A stretch of DNA of 64,000 nucleotides from Phaeosaccion multiseriatum (lineage: Eukaryota > Protista > Ochrophyta, other classes), in NCBI GenBank assembly GCA_965112735.1, contig OZ218959.1:372001-436000 (forward strand), written 5' to 3'. Shown one piece after another: positions 11,887-23,900 of the stretch (the stretch's first letter is position 1; each line of letters begins with the position of its first letter). Under the pieces are notes generated by a model that worked only from the letters and a program-made list of their open reading frames with translations, had not been told where the DNA came from and did no database searches. Made by a program: the position numbers and the translations under genes.

Positions 11887-13663
11887 TTAGCCCGTGGTAA
11901 GCGGGCGGCTGTCCCTCTCGACCGCCATGCCCCCTGCGTCCCGCCAGAACTGATCGCTGTTGTCGTACTGGTCAGTGTTGTCGTACAGTTGGTTGCTGTT
12001 GTCGTATACGTCCGAGAGCTGTGGCCGACCGTAGTCACTGCCTGCCACTTGGCCCATATAGTCACTGCCCCCCACTTGGCCCATGTAAGCAGGAGCAGCC
12101 GCAGCCGCCCCGCCCATGAGGTCACTGCCCAAGACTGCCTGCATGTGCTCCGCCTCGGGTGGGTTGACGTGCATGCCGTTGTCATCACCGGGAGAAAAGG
12201 TTACAATCTCCGTGCACCAGTTGTAAATCTTGTCGCAAAAGGCCTGCATGGGGAGGATGGTAAAGGGCTCCTCCAGTTGCGTGGCCAGCTCCTCAATTCC
12301 GAACAAGAAGAGTGAAATGGCAGCAGTGGCGGGGATCATGGCGATGTGGTTCCAGCTGTTGGCGAAGGGCTCGTAGAGAGCAAAGGGCACGAGGACCATC
12401 CAGGCGGTCAAGAAGCGTGCCGTGTGGCGCGAGTAGAAGAGAGGCACGGGGCTCGTCAAGAGACGCTCGGAACTGCCCAAGGTGTCTTCGAAGATGGTGG
12501 CAGCCTTGTGGATCTCGTTCTTGCGCAAGAAATGCATGGGAAGATTCTCAATGGCCATCGACAAGTCCTGCAGGGCCCGGTTGGGTCGGTGGGTGGCCTG
12601 AATAATTGCCGTGGCCTGCTGCTCCGGCAGCTTCTCGTAAAGCTCGGTCTTGAATGCCTCCTCGTCCTCATCCTCGGGGCTCAAGTGGCGCTTCATGGCC
12701 CGAACAAAGGCCCAGGTGCAGAGTGCGAGGGTCCTCAGGTCTTGCTCGCGCTTGGGCTGGTTGGGGACGCCGGAGCGATCGTACATGGCGTTCCCCATAC
12801 GGACGAGGTCACGCGTGTGGTTGATGTTCATGCCCCAGTTCTTTCGAGCCTCGTCCCAACGCTGGTACGACGTGTTGGTGCGGAAGACTGTTGCGGAGGG
12901 GAGAGAAGAGAGGGATCTATCAGAAGCTGCAGAGAACCAACACATAACATCGGTGCGGACACAATACGGAGGGAAACAAAGACTGTGGCGAGACCACAAG
13001 AATAATGTGCAAGAAAAGCAGTGTGTGTGTGTACGACTGAGAGAAGAGAAGGAAGAGCCTACGTAGAGAAGAAGAAGCCATTGTAGGGCTCGAACTTGAT
13101 CGAGGATGTATCAACGATGGATATAAAAAAAGGAACAATGCCCACGTACCAAGAAGAAGACCCAGGGAAGGACTGCTGAGAGTAAAAGGAGCCAACGGAA
13201 GCCCCAGGACAGGGAAGAACGGGCTCGAGAGCAGCGCCGCATGCTTGACTCCTTCGAAATCCTGGAAGCCCCCCGTCAAACAGTTGATGAGACACACGCC
13301 CAACGAAATTGCCGTCGTCAACGAGACTTCACGACCCAGGTTCTTGTAGATTCCGGAGGCGAACATGCTGGAGAAGTAGTAGAGGAACCGATCGGGAGAG
13401 CGGTGCTTCCTCCAGTCATCGTGCGAGTAGACAGTGCGTCGGTACTTGCGAGACTCCTCGCCGTAGGAAATGTCCTTGATGGGAGGCATGCGTGGGGGAG
13501 CCATGCGAGTGTTGTCCTTGAGGGCGGTGTTGAAGAAATTTCCCTTCCCACCGCGTGAACTGACCCCACATCCAAGCCGCGGCACCGTGAGCTGGGGCAC
13601 AAAAGCGGAGCAGCCACTCGCCAGAGCGAGTAGGCAGGCGACGATGGAGGCAGCGTGCATCAT
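11887..13663 (-). CDS. Plastid-targeted bestrophin-like anion channel, copy 2; exons 13663-13150, 12887-11887
   Basis: Same bestrophin motifs and CSA-FVP leader as copy 1. Extended tail with YMGQV and YDN repeats. Confidence 0.93.
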
Positions 13664-14327
13664 GGGTTTTTCTTTCCTGTAAGCAAGAACCGCGCGCTGT
13701 GCTTGGTAAATGTGGAATAATGAATCGTCGCAAATGGCGACTACTTGAAACGTGCACTTCAATGAAATAAAAAAACGCCGCCCCGTGTATAAACAGACAT
13801 AATTAATTAAACCCCCCCCCGTCTTTTCAATTTCCTTCACCGTCCTTCCGCCTGCCTGAGCGTGGCGAAGGCGCCACCTCGCAATAAATTAATTAATAGT
13901 GTGTGTATGCAAGAAGGAAGGGGGGAAATCTGACCTATGCCCCCCCCGCCCCTCTCTCTCTCACTCTCTCTACTGCTCAAAACTTGTCCACCACATGGGT
14001 CTGAGGGTCCATTATGCGTACTTGATAGTGACCTCGTGGGTTGGCCTCGTCACGGCTCCAATCGGCTTCGGTTTGTTGTATGCTGGCTCCACCGCGTTCC
14101 CAGACAAACTGTTCACTGGTAACAACGAGATGGATGCCCTGGTTCGCTCGCCCCCCTGCTGTGGGACGGGGCCCAATGCAGGATATCTCGCTGAAGCCCG
14201 CTAGGACCGCGCTTCCTCTGGCCTCCGTCGCTGGCCCGAAAGGGAGGAAGGCGGGGATGCTCACACCAAGCTCCTGCTCGTGTGTGCGTCACCACCGCTC
14301 CCTCACCTGTTGCCATCACCAGGGGGT

Positions 14328-15966
14328 TTAACCCGTGGTCAAGGGGCGTGACTCGCTGATGCTCTCCACAATCTCTACTGGGGAGTCCTGGAATGCCCTG
14401 CCGATGGGAGCCTGAGGCTGCATCCAGACTTCGCTGTTGTCGTACACTGGCTGCTGGTACTCCGGCTGCTGGTACTCCGGCTGCTGGTACTCCGGCTGGT
14501 ACTCCTGTTGGTACTCCATGGGCTGCTGCTGAGCACCACCACTGACGAGTATGTCCCGCATGTGCTCCTCCCTGGGCAGCTTGACGGGCATGCCGTTGTC
14601 ATCGCCGGAATCGAACGTTACAATCTCCGTGCACCAGTTGTAAATCTTGTCGCAAAAGGCCTGCATGGGGAGGATGGTGAAGGGCTCCTCCAGTTGCGTG
14701 GCGAGCTCCTCAATTCCGAACAAGAAGATTGAAATGATGGCCGTGGCGGGGATCATGGCGATGTGGTTCCAGCTGTTGGCGAAGGGCTCGTAGAGAGCAA
14801 AGGGCACGAGGGCCAGCCAGGCCGTCAAGAAGCGTGCCGTGTGGCGCGAGTAGAAGAGAGGCACGGGGCTCGTCAAGAGACGCTCGGAACTGCCCAAGTT
14901 GTCTTCGAAGATGGTGGCCGCCCTTTGGATCTCGTTCTTTCGAATGAAATGCATTGGGAGGTTCTCGATGGCCCTCGACAAGTCCTGCAGGGCCCGGTTG
15001 GGTCGGTGGGTGGCCCCAACAAGGGCCGTGGCCTGCTGCTCCGGCAGCTTCTCGAAGACCTCGATCTTAAAGTCCTCCTCGTCCTCATCCTCGGGGCTCA
15101 AGTGGCGCTTCATCGCCCGAACAAAGGCCCACGTGGAGAGCGCGAGGGTCCTCAGGTCCTCCTCGCGCTCCTCGGGGGGCACACCCGTACGGTCGTACAT
15201 GGCGTTCCCAAGACGGACGAGGTCACGCGTGTGGTTGATATTCATGCCCCAGTTCTTTCGAGCCTCGTCCCAACGCTGGTACGACGTGTTGGTGCGGAAC
15301 ACTGTTGTCGAAGAAAAGACAAGAGAAGTGTTGGAAGTAGAAGAACAGGGCGGTGAGGAAGAAAGACAGAGAACATGCAGCTGTGGGGAAGAGAGAAAGG
15401 CAGTGGCCTGTGCATTTGCTCATGTACAGAAGAAGAACCAATGTGCACTTACCCAGAAGAAGGCCCAGAGAAGGGCTGCTGAGAGTGAATGGAGCCAAAG
15501 GCAGCCCCAACATGGGAAGGAACGGGCTCGCGATGAGCGCCGCGTGCTTGACTCCTTCAAAGTCAGTGTAGCCTCCCGTCAATGCGTTGAAGAGGCAAAC
15601 GAACGTGGCAATGAGCGTCGTTGCCGTGACCTCCCGACCCAGATTCTTGTAGATTCCGGAGTTGGTCGTGGAGGAAAAGTAGTAGAGGAATCGCTCGGGA
15701 GAGCGGTGCTTCCTCCAGTCGTCGTGCGAGTACACAGTGCGCCGGTACTTGCGAGACTCCTCACCGTAGGAAATGTCCTTGATGGGAGGCATGGGCGGCA
15801 CCCTCGGTCGGGTTGAGCTAAGGGAAGTTCGGCTCACCCCGTTCTTCCCCACCCGCGTGAACCCCGCCTTGCCGACTCCCCCACCCACCATGGGCTGGGG
15901 CACAAAGGCGGAGCATCCCCCTGCCAGAGTCACCAGGCACGCAGCAACAGCAGCAGTCCGCATCAT
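14328..15966 (-). CDS. Plastid-targeted bestrophin-like anion channel, copy 3; exons 15966-15453, 15301-14328
   Basis: Same bestrophin motifs and CSA-FVP leader as copy 1. Extended tail with (EYQQP)n repeats. Confidence 0.93.
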
Positions 15967-16424
15967 GCTAAATCTGGGGCAGGAAATGTGCCAAACAAAG
16001 AAAAAACAAATTGTAGGAGGGGGGTCTCCGTGCGTAATGAACATCTGGTGGCAAGTGAAACTTCCAATTGACTTCAAGTCAAAATTTACCGCTCACGGCC
16101 TTGTGTGAGTGCCGCTCGACCCGTGATCCCCGCGCAAACTACTACCCAGTTCATGGCAGCCGCGAAGGTGGGTGAGGCGGAGGAAGGGCGGAAGAGGGGA
16201 GCGTCACGGAGTAGAGCAGAATGGAGAGCCAGCCCCTGCAGCCTCTTCTCTTCGTTGTGTCCGTCCGTCGTGTGGAGCCGCAGGCTTACTGGAGGCTGAC
16301 TGGAGGCGGGTTGTGCCATTCAAGGGGCCTTCGGTCGGGCCTGGGGCATACAGTAATCGTCTGGCCGGCTCGAGACAGCACCCCTCGCTCCCGAGAAGCT
16401 AGTACTTCCTTCCTGCCCATGTGC

Positions 16425-16491
16425 TCAACCCCTGATACACTTATCGCCCAAATTCTCGATAGCGGATAGCGGATAGAGTATCAGGGGTTGA
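16425..16491. repeat. Short inverted-repeat element
   Basis: Perfect 14-bp arms tcaacccctgatac / gtatcaggggttga, flanked by atgtgc and atgtgt. Confidence 0.7.
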
Positions 16492-16522
16492 ATGTGTCTC
16501 CCTGCATCTCTGCTCTGGATCA

Positions 16523-17745
16523 TCACCGGATAGAGCTCCGATCGTACAGGCGCATGGGAGGGTCCTCCGAGGCCTTGACGTGGGCCCACTCCTCTGCGGG
16601 CAGATGGTACCTCAGCGTGAACACCTGGCGGCGAGAGGCGGGGAAGGCCTCAGCATGGAGCGTTGTTGCACGGCTGAGACAGAGGTACATGGACAGCGAG
16701 AGCCAACTCTGTCACGACCAACCACCGCGACAAAGCTACGTGCTCCTAACTTCGCCCGGTGTCCCTCCCTCCCTTCCTCACACCCACACACTTACTCCCT
16801 CACTCCCTCACTCCCCCACTCGCCCACTGACTTACCCGCACGCCCTCCCTGCTGCAGAGTCGCCGCACTAGGCTGCCCACCTGGTCCACGAGCGTGGGAT
16901 AGATGTACAGGTAGATCACCGTTGCGGTGGCCAGCAGCTGCTCTACAGCCGCGTTGCTTGGGTCAAGGGATGTCACGTCGGTACAGCTCCACGTGACGAG
17001 CTCTTGCCCCACCCCTTCCTTCGCGGCAATCTCCCGCGCCACAGACACGCACTCTGATGACACGTCCACGCCCACCCCTCTGCAGCCGAGCACCTGATGA
17101 ATGAGTGAAAGAGAAGAGGGGAGTGAGCCAAATACCGGCATGACAAGGGAGAACCTGCGCGTGGCTGGGCCCGGACTCTCTGCACTCGTCCAACCCAGTC
17201 GGTCAGACAAGTCGAGTCTCTCAGTCTCTCCGCACACTCGCACCTTGGCCGCAGCGAGAAGTACCCTTCCATCTCCGCATCCAATGTCCGCAATCACGTC
17301 AGCCGACGTCACCTCTGCTCACGACACAGGCCGCGAAACGACACAGGTTAGGTGGCTTGACAAAGTCGTCATTGTGCTCAACGTTCAGCACGTATACGTA
17401 CCTGCGAATGAGAAGAAGCGCATGAGGCCCTCGACGGAGCTGGGGAGATACGGGCTTTGCCAGCAACGTCCTTCCAGCTGCGAGTAGAGAGAAGAGGAGA
17501 GGGCGAAATGAGAAACTTCGTCTTTGATCAATTGCGTGATGTGCACTCGCCTTTTCCTCAATGGCTTGGTCCAGATGGCCATCTTCGAGAGCGCTGTACA
17601 CACCTCCATACGTGTCCTCCAGGTGCCTCGTGTAAGATTGCGCGGCGATCACCATGTTGTTCCTACTGCTACTGCTGCTGCTGTGCGCCTCGGTGCTTGC
17701 CATAAACCCGACAAAGTCATCCACACTCTTTCTTTTCTTCTTCAT
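16523..17745 (-). CDS. Class I SAM-dependent methyltransferase (FAM173-like small MTase), 5 exons
   Basis: SPYLPS pre-motif, motif I DVIADIGCGDGRVL, post-I GVGVDV, ATVIYLYIYP and terminal VFTLRYHL. Exons join in phase. Confidence 0.85.
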
Positions 17746-17837
17746 TTATTTGAACGACTCTTTGTGATGACAAATGGAACAGTTGGTCATACGATGGTGC
17801 TTAGTGCTTCCTTCCCAGTTTAGTGCTCTACTTCCCC

Positions 17838-19776
17838 ATGTGGATGCAAGGTCTGGCCTTGGCGCTGCTCCTGGCGATCAGCAGTACTCCGAGTGCAACG
17901 GCGTGGCAGCAGCACCTTCGGCCTCCTTCAGTAGCAGGCGCTCGGCAGCACCAACGTCAGCAGCATGGAAGGAAGGAGGTTGGCAGCTTTGGCAACCACA
18001 GTTGGAGGAGCAGGAGCGCCGGCAGAGGTCGCAAGCCATGTGCGACGCTGATGTCGACCCCATCCCCCTCGTCGCCGGTCGTGGCCCTGACGAGAGAGCG
18101 AGGCAAGAACGCCAAGTTGAAGCGCATGCTCGAGGAATTGGGCGTGACGACATTGGAGATCCCCTGCATCGCGCACACGGACGGGGAGCAGGTGGACCTC
18201 CTGCCCGACGCCCTTGCTTCCGGGGACTTTGACTACGTGGTCGTCACCTCTCCAGAAGCTGCCAAGGTGGGTGGCTTCTGCTGTTGCTCCAACCTGGTGT
18301 GATGCCTCTTACATCGTGCATGCCGTGTTACTGTTTGCAGGTGTTCTTGGAAGGATGGACGAAGGCAGACAAGCCGGTCATTCCTGTCGCCTGCGTGGGC
18401 AAAGCCACGGGCCAGGTAAGGCCTGTTTGGTGGGTTCGACTTTCCTACCATGTACACTCATCCCCGCACCCGCAGTCGTCTGTCGTCAAAGCTTGGGTGC
18501 TGGGCTGCCATGGCTGACGTTGCCATCCTGTTGCTGTGCTTGCACATGCAGAGCTTATCGGCAGGCGGAGTGTCGCCTGCGTTCACTCCCTCGCTGGCCA
18601 ATGCCGAGACACTCGCCCGGGAGCTGCCCATCCCGCCCCAGGGCAAGCGAGGTGAGTGGGCAGGGTCAGGGCCGGAGTCAGGACCAAAGAGGGAGCCGAG
18701 AGTCAGCAGTAGCACCATCCTTTTTCGTATCCAGTGTATAATAACCTAAATGGAGCGTGGTCTGAGTGAGATCGCTGCTCCCTCCGCCGATCGCTTGCAG
18801 CTGCTTCACCTCAGTCTGTCTTCCTGCTGCCGCAGCTGCTACCGCTACCGCTGCTTCTCCTGCTGCTGAGCCCTCTACCCTATCCCGTACCGTGGTGTCT
18901 CATCTCCCACCTCCTCCCCCTGCAGCCTCAGGCCCGGCGGTGCTCTACCCCGCGTCTGCCAAGGCCGCCAACACACTTGTCAACGGGCTGAGCGACAGGG
19001 GCTTTTCGGTGACAAGGCTCAACACTTACAACACGGTGCCGGCAGAGTGGGGGGCGAAGGACGAGGAGGAGGCCGCCGGGTGAGTGACGCGAGCAGAGAG
19101 GCCATACATAACCACGGAATATGCAGGGGCGAGAGAAAGAGACATGCTCTCAGGTGCTGCAGTGTTACATGCACAAAGGGGAAGTAAGTCCCGAAATATT
19201 CTTTCGCCCCAAACCCTCTTGCTCCGGCCTCTCTCTGCCACGCGCTGCTCTCGGCCCCTCAGTTGCACTGTGGTGACTTTCGGCAGCCCAACGGCCGTCA
19301 AGACGTGGACCAAGTAAGTAGAGAGCAGAGACCTTGCTGCCGAGCGAGGGGCTTCCTTCCATTCACACCCCCTCTCCTCTCCGCCGTTGCTGTGGCACTC
19401 GAAGGGAAGCAAAAGAGGCCGGGTTGCTCGTGATAACGTATCCACATACCCCAGATGCAACTGGCACGTCTCTTGCCCCCCTCTTTACCTACGCCCTTGT
19501 GTCCATTTGTCCTTGCCTCCCTGCCGCTCCTTCCCACTTCCCACTGCCATCTGTGTGCTCTCTCCCTCTCTCTCGCTCACGCTCTCTCTCTCTCTCTCTC
19601 TCTGTCTCGCTCTCTCAAGACGCCTGGGCACGGACGGCTTTGCGGCGGCGTGCATAGGCCTCACCAGCGCAGACGCGTGCCTGAAGCAGGGCTGGGGCAA
19701 GGACCAAGTGTTTTACCCACCAAAGCCGGGCATGGCCGGATGGCTCACCGCTGTCCGACAGGCGCTTGAAGGCTGA
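17838..19776 (+). CDS. hemD: Plastid uroporphyrinogen-III synthase, 6 exons
   Basis: [71 protein letters not shown]. Signal peptide with ATA-W cleavage. Confidence 0.93.
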
Positions 19777-20654
19777 GTCTTGCAAGCCCCGCTGCTTTGG
19801 ATGAGGCGGGACGGGCAGCGCCTCGAACAGCTTGGCAGTGAAGGGAAGAGGGTGGGGGGCCTCTGGGCAGAGGCGGTGTGGAGCTCTCGCCGCATATGCC
19901 GAGACCGTCAGCAAGGCAGCAAGGTGATGCTTCGCAGCTCCTGCATTCCGCTTCAGCTTCAGCTCCCTCGCACTGGCCTTGCTGTTGGGCAGGCGGGCGG
20001 AAACGCTCCCGGTCACTGCCACACACAAAACCACTCAGCCCATGCGCATCCGAAGCACGTGCTATCTGCGCTCTGTCTCTCTCTCTCTGTCTCTCTCTCT
20101 CTCTGTCTGTCTGTGGGCTCCTTGTTGCTTCGGTTTGCAAGCTCTCACGGGAATGTGCCTCACCTTAGATTCTCGCTGCCGTTGTTGAGCTTCACATGTC
20201 GACTCCCCCTTCAACGCTTCACGGCCTCGGGAGACTTGACTCGTTTCGAAGAAGGGCAGCAAAGCTCTACTTTTATACGGGACTCGACAGAGGGGGGAAG
20301 AACGATAAGAGAGAGAGAGAGAGACCGAGAGAGAGGAAACGAGGAAGGGAACGTTCCCCTGCACAAGTGCAAAGGGGGCGGGGCCTCGCACAACCCAACT
20401 CGAGCAGCAGAGCAGCAGAGCAGCAGAGCAGCAGAGCAGCAGAGACGGGGGTTGGGTGGGGGGTGGGGCAAGCAGCGCCCACAGAGCTGGGGGGTACAGC
20501 GTTCCCGTTCCTTCAGCTTAGTTTGTATTTACTTTAAAATTTAATTTTGAATTGAACTAAGTACCATTACTTCAATCCAAGATGAATCAGGACTCCAAGA
20601 AAGAAGGCCTTGTCAAGACTCAATCCATCAATCAACAAGCCAACTCAATTTCAT

Positions 20655-20916
20655 CTACGGATCGAGCTGCTTGAGCTTGGCGCGGAAGGTCATGACGACG
20701 GGCTCGCTGCTACTGTGGCCGTGTTCTCTCCAAATAAAGCGACTCACCGCCCCCAGGCACAGCCCCGGCCCCAGCACCGTGCCTTCGCACAGCAGCTCCA
20801 CCTCCTCCTCAGGGGCGCCCAACGCACCAGCACCAGCACCAGCACCGCCATCAGGCCCGTCGGGGCTCGCTCCTTCATCGGGCCGTGCCGCGGGTCGTAC
20901 CTTGCTGCTCTTCCTT

Positions 20917-20973
<57 letters not shown>

Positions 20974-23900
20974 ATCACCAACTGCTGCTGCTGTTGCTGT
21001 TGGTGCTGCTGGTGTCGCTGGCGCTCCTGCCTGGATAGCTCCCACTCCCTTCTCAAGTGTTCGTCGTTCAGCACGTACGCCAGCACCTTCTTCATCCTGA
21101 GCGTGGATGGGGCCGTGAGCGGTTGCTGGCCCCCCTCCTCCCCGCCGTTCGCCTCCCCCGCACCCCCACCCCCACCCCCGCCACCTCGCCCTCGCAGCAC
21201 GGCCCCCACTCGCCTGACACGACTGCTTCTACTACCCCCTATCCTCCCACTGCCACCGCCACTAGCTCTGCCGCTGCCTCCCCCTGCCCCCTCCTCGTCG
21301 GCCCAGGTGGGCTCTGGCGGATGAGGCATCAACTTGAAGAGTACCTTGGCCGTTTCCTTCCCCTTGCAAAGCCCGTCGAGCACGCAGCCCAGCACCCAGC
21401 GGGGTAAGTAATGCTCCCCCTCCTGTGCCGTCAGCCCGCCCGCCGTACCCTGCGTCAGCACCTTCTCCCGCCCGCCTCCCCCGACCTCTGCCTCGGTGAT
21501 CCACAGCCACGTGTCAGCTGCCATCCGAGCAGTCCTCTCCCTCTCCCGCACAGCTCGGTCCTCTGTCCTACCCCTTTCTGGAGGCTGTTGCTGCTGGTCC
21601 TGCGGGTCCCGCTGCTGCATGACCTTTTGCTGGTGGTGAAGCCTTTGCCGCTCGTCGCCGCTGTCCTCGTCGCCGCTCTCGCCGGATGACGAGTCAGCCT
21701 CCCGCGCCCCGCCCGACTGCTGTACCACCAACCGCTGCTGCTGCTGCTCCTGCTGCTGCCGCACCCCCTTCTTGCTACTGTTAGCCCCACCTGCGTACCT
21801 CGTGCCCACGCCGACGCCTCCCTCGCCACTCTCACTCGCTGCCCTTCTTAGAAGCATCTCTCGCTTGTCACCCCACCTCGTTAGCAGCCCGTCCAGCAGC
21901 CGCTGTCCCAAGTTAACCTTCACGTCTACGTCTTCTGCAGGAGGGAGGGGAAGGAGGAGGAGGAGAAGGAGGAGGAGGAGGAGGAGGAGGAGGAGGAGGA
22001 GGAGGAGGAGGAGGAGGAGGAGGAGGGCCACACCACAAGTGATGGACGCTGCGGCGTGAGAAGCAGCTAAGGAGCGAAGGTAGGGCTGCGGAGAAGCAAA
22101 ATCCTAAATAAATAAATATCTATCGATCTATCTTTACAATTTACACCGTCCAATCCACTGCCATCCATCCATCTGTCTATCTGTCTGTCTATCTATCTGT
22201 CTGCCTATCTATTCCTGGCGAGGAAGTAGTACCTCCTCCACCACATTGGGTTCCTCAATCACCCACTCACTCACTCACTCACTCACCTAGCGCAGGCAGC
22301 ACTGGCTGCAGCTCTCCCCCTCCTCGGGCCTCCCTTTCTGTAACGGCATCACAAATGGCTGCGTCGTCGGCGTGCATCTCCCCGTCGAAGGCCTCCCTCT
22401 CGGCAAGCAGCACCCGCGGCACTCCCAGGCGACAGTCTACAGAGAACCAACTTCGCACGCAGAGCATCTGGAACAGCTCTGCGTGCCCGCCACGCACGCA
22501 CACACACAGAGTCAGGGAGGGAGAGACAGAGAGTTGCGGGGTGAGACAGGTGCAAAAGACTGATGGAGAGAGGTGTGAGAGAGAGAGGAGGGGGGGGGGG
22601 GGGGAGGGAGAGAGAGACAGGGACAAATAAGACAAGAGTTAGGAGAGATAGGGAGAGAGAGAGTGAGGAGAGAGAGAAAGAGAGAGTGAGTGAGTGAGTG
22701 AGTGAGTGAGAGAGAGAAAGAGAGAGTGAGTGAGTGAGTGAGTGAGAGAGAGAGGAGAGAAAGAGAGAGAACGAGAGAGAAAGAGAGAAAGAAAGAGAGA
22801 GAGAGAAAGAGAGAGAGAGAGGGAGAGACCAAGGGGTGATACGCACCTTGTGCCTTGTCCTCCAACACCGTCCCCGGGGGGTACTGCACGACCTGCCTTC
22901 CCTGTGTAACGTCCCACAGCCCCACTAAGGGCGGGTTCGAATCGTCCTCCGTCAGCAAGTGCTGCCGATTGCTCAGCACCTGACCATGAGTGGTGATGAG
23001 TGGGTATGAGTAGGTATGGGCATGAGTGGGTATGAGTGGGTATGAGTGGGCATGAGTGGGTATGAGTGGGCATGGGTGGGTTTGAGTGGGCATGAGTGGG
23101 CATGAGTGGGCATGAGTGGGCATGAGTGGGTATGAGTAAGTATGGGCATGGGTGGGTATGAGTGGGTATGAGTGGGCATGAGTGGGCATGAGTGGGTATG
23201 AGTGGGTATGAGTAGGTATGGGTGGGTATGAGTGGGCATGAGTGGGTATGAGTGGGTATGAGTGGGTATGAGTGGGTATGAGTGGGTATGAGTGGGCATG
23301 CGTGGGTATGAGTGGGTATGAGTGGGTATGAGTGGGTATGAGTGGGTATGAGTGGGTATGAGTGGGCATGGGTGGGTATGAGTAGGTATGGGTGGGTGGG
23401 CATGAGTGGGTATGAGTAGGCATAGGTGGGTATGAGTGGGTGGGCATGGGCGCGCGCGCTAAATGGCTGTGTGTACTTGTTTAGCCTTGGCCTTAGCTTT
23501 AGCCTTGGCCTCTGTTTGGAGGGAATGGGACAGACCAAAAGGGACTGACACAGAGAGATTGACCACCGACCTTGCAGCGCTTCACCCCCGGGCGGCCCTT
23601 GATGATCACGGCAGGCTTGTAAGGCTGCATGCGACTGGGCCCACGCTCCCCCCTGGGCTCGTCCCCCCCCTCCTTCCCCCTCTCCTCCCCCTGGCCGCTT
23701 CTCGTGCCGGTCGAGGAGGCTCCCCCCGCCCCTACCCGTCCCCCTGCAGTGTACAGCTTCACGTCTGCCTCGACTGTAGCCACCCACAGCCCACCCCCTC
23801 CGTTAACGGCCACCAAGTCCAGCACAGAGGTGTTCCCTGTGTGTGGTTCGAGGGAGGAGGGACGGTGGAAGGAAGGAAGGGAGGGAGGGAGGGGAGGGAG

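Noticed and set aside
10338-15816. Plus-strand ORFs of 200-300 aa repeated three times
   Set aside because: They are antisense shadows of the GC-rich bestrophin coding exons.
16425-16491. Hairpin as a SECIS element for the methyltransferase
   Set aside because: The modelled CDS has no in-frame internal UGA, and no AUGA/GA quartet with an AA loop is evident.
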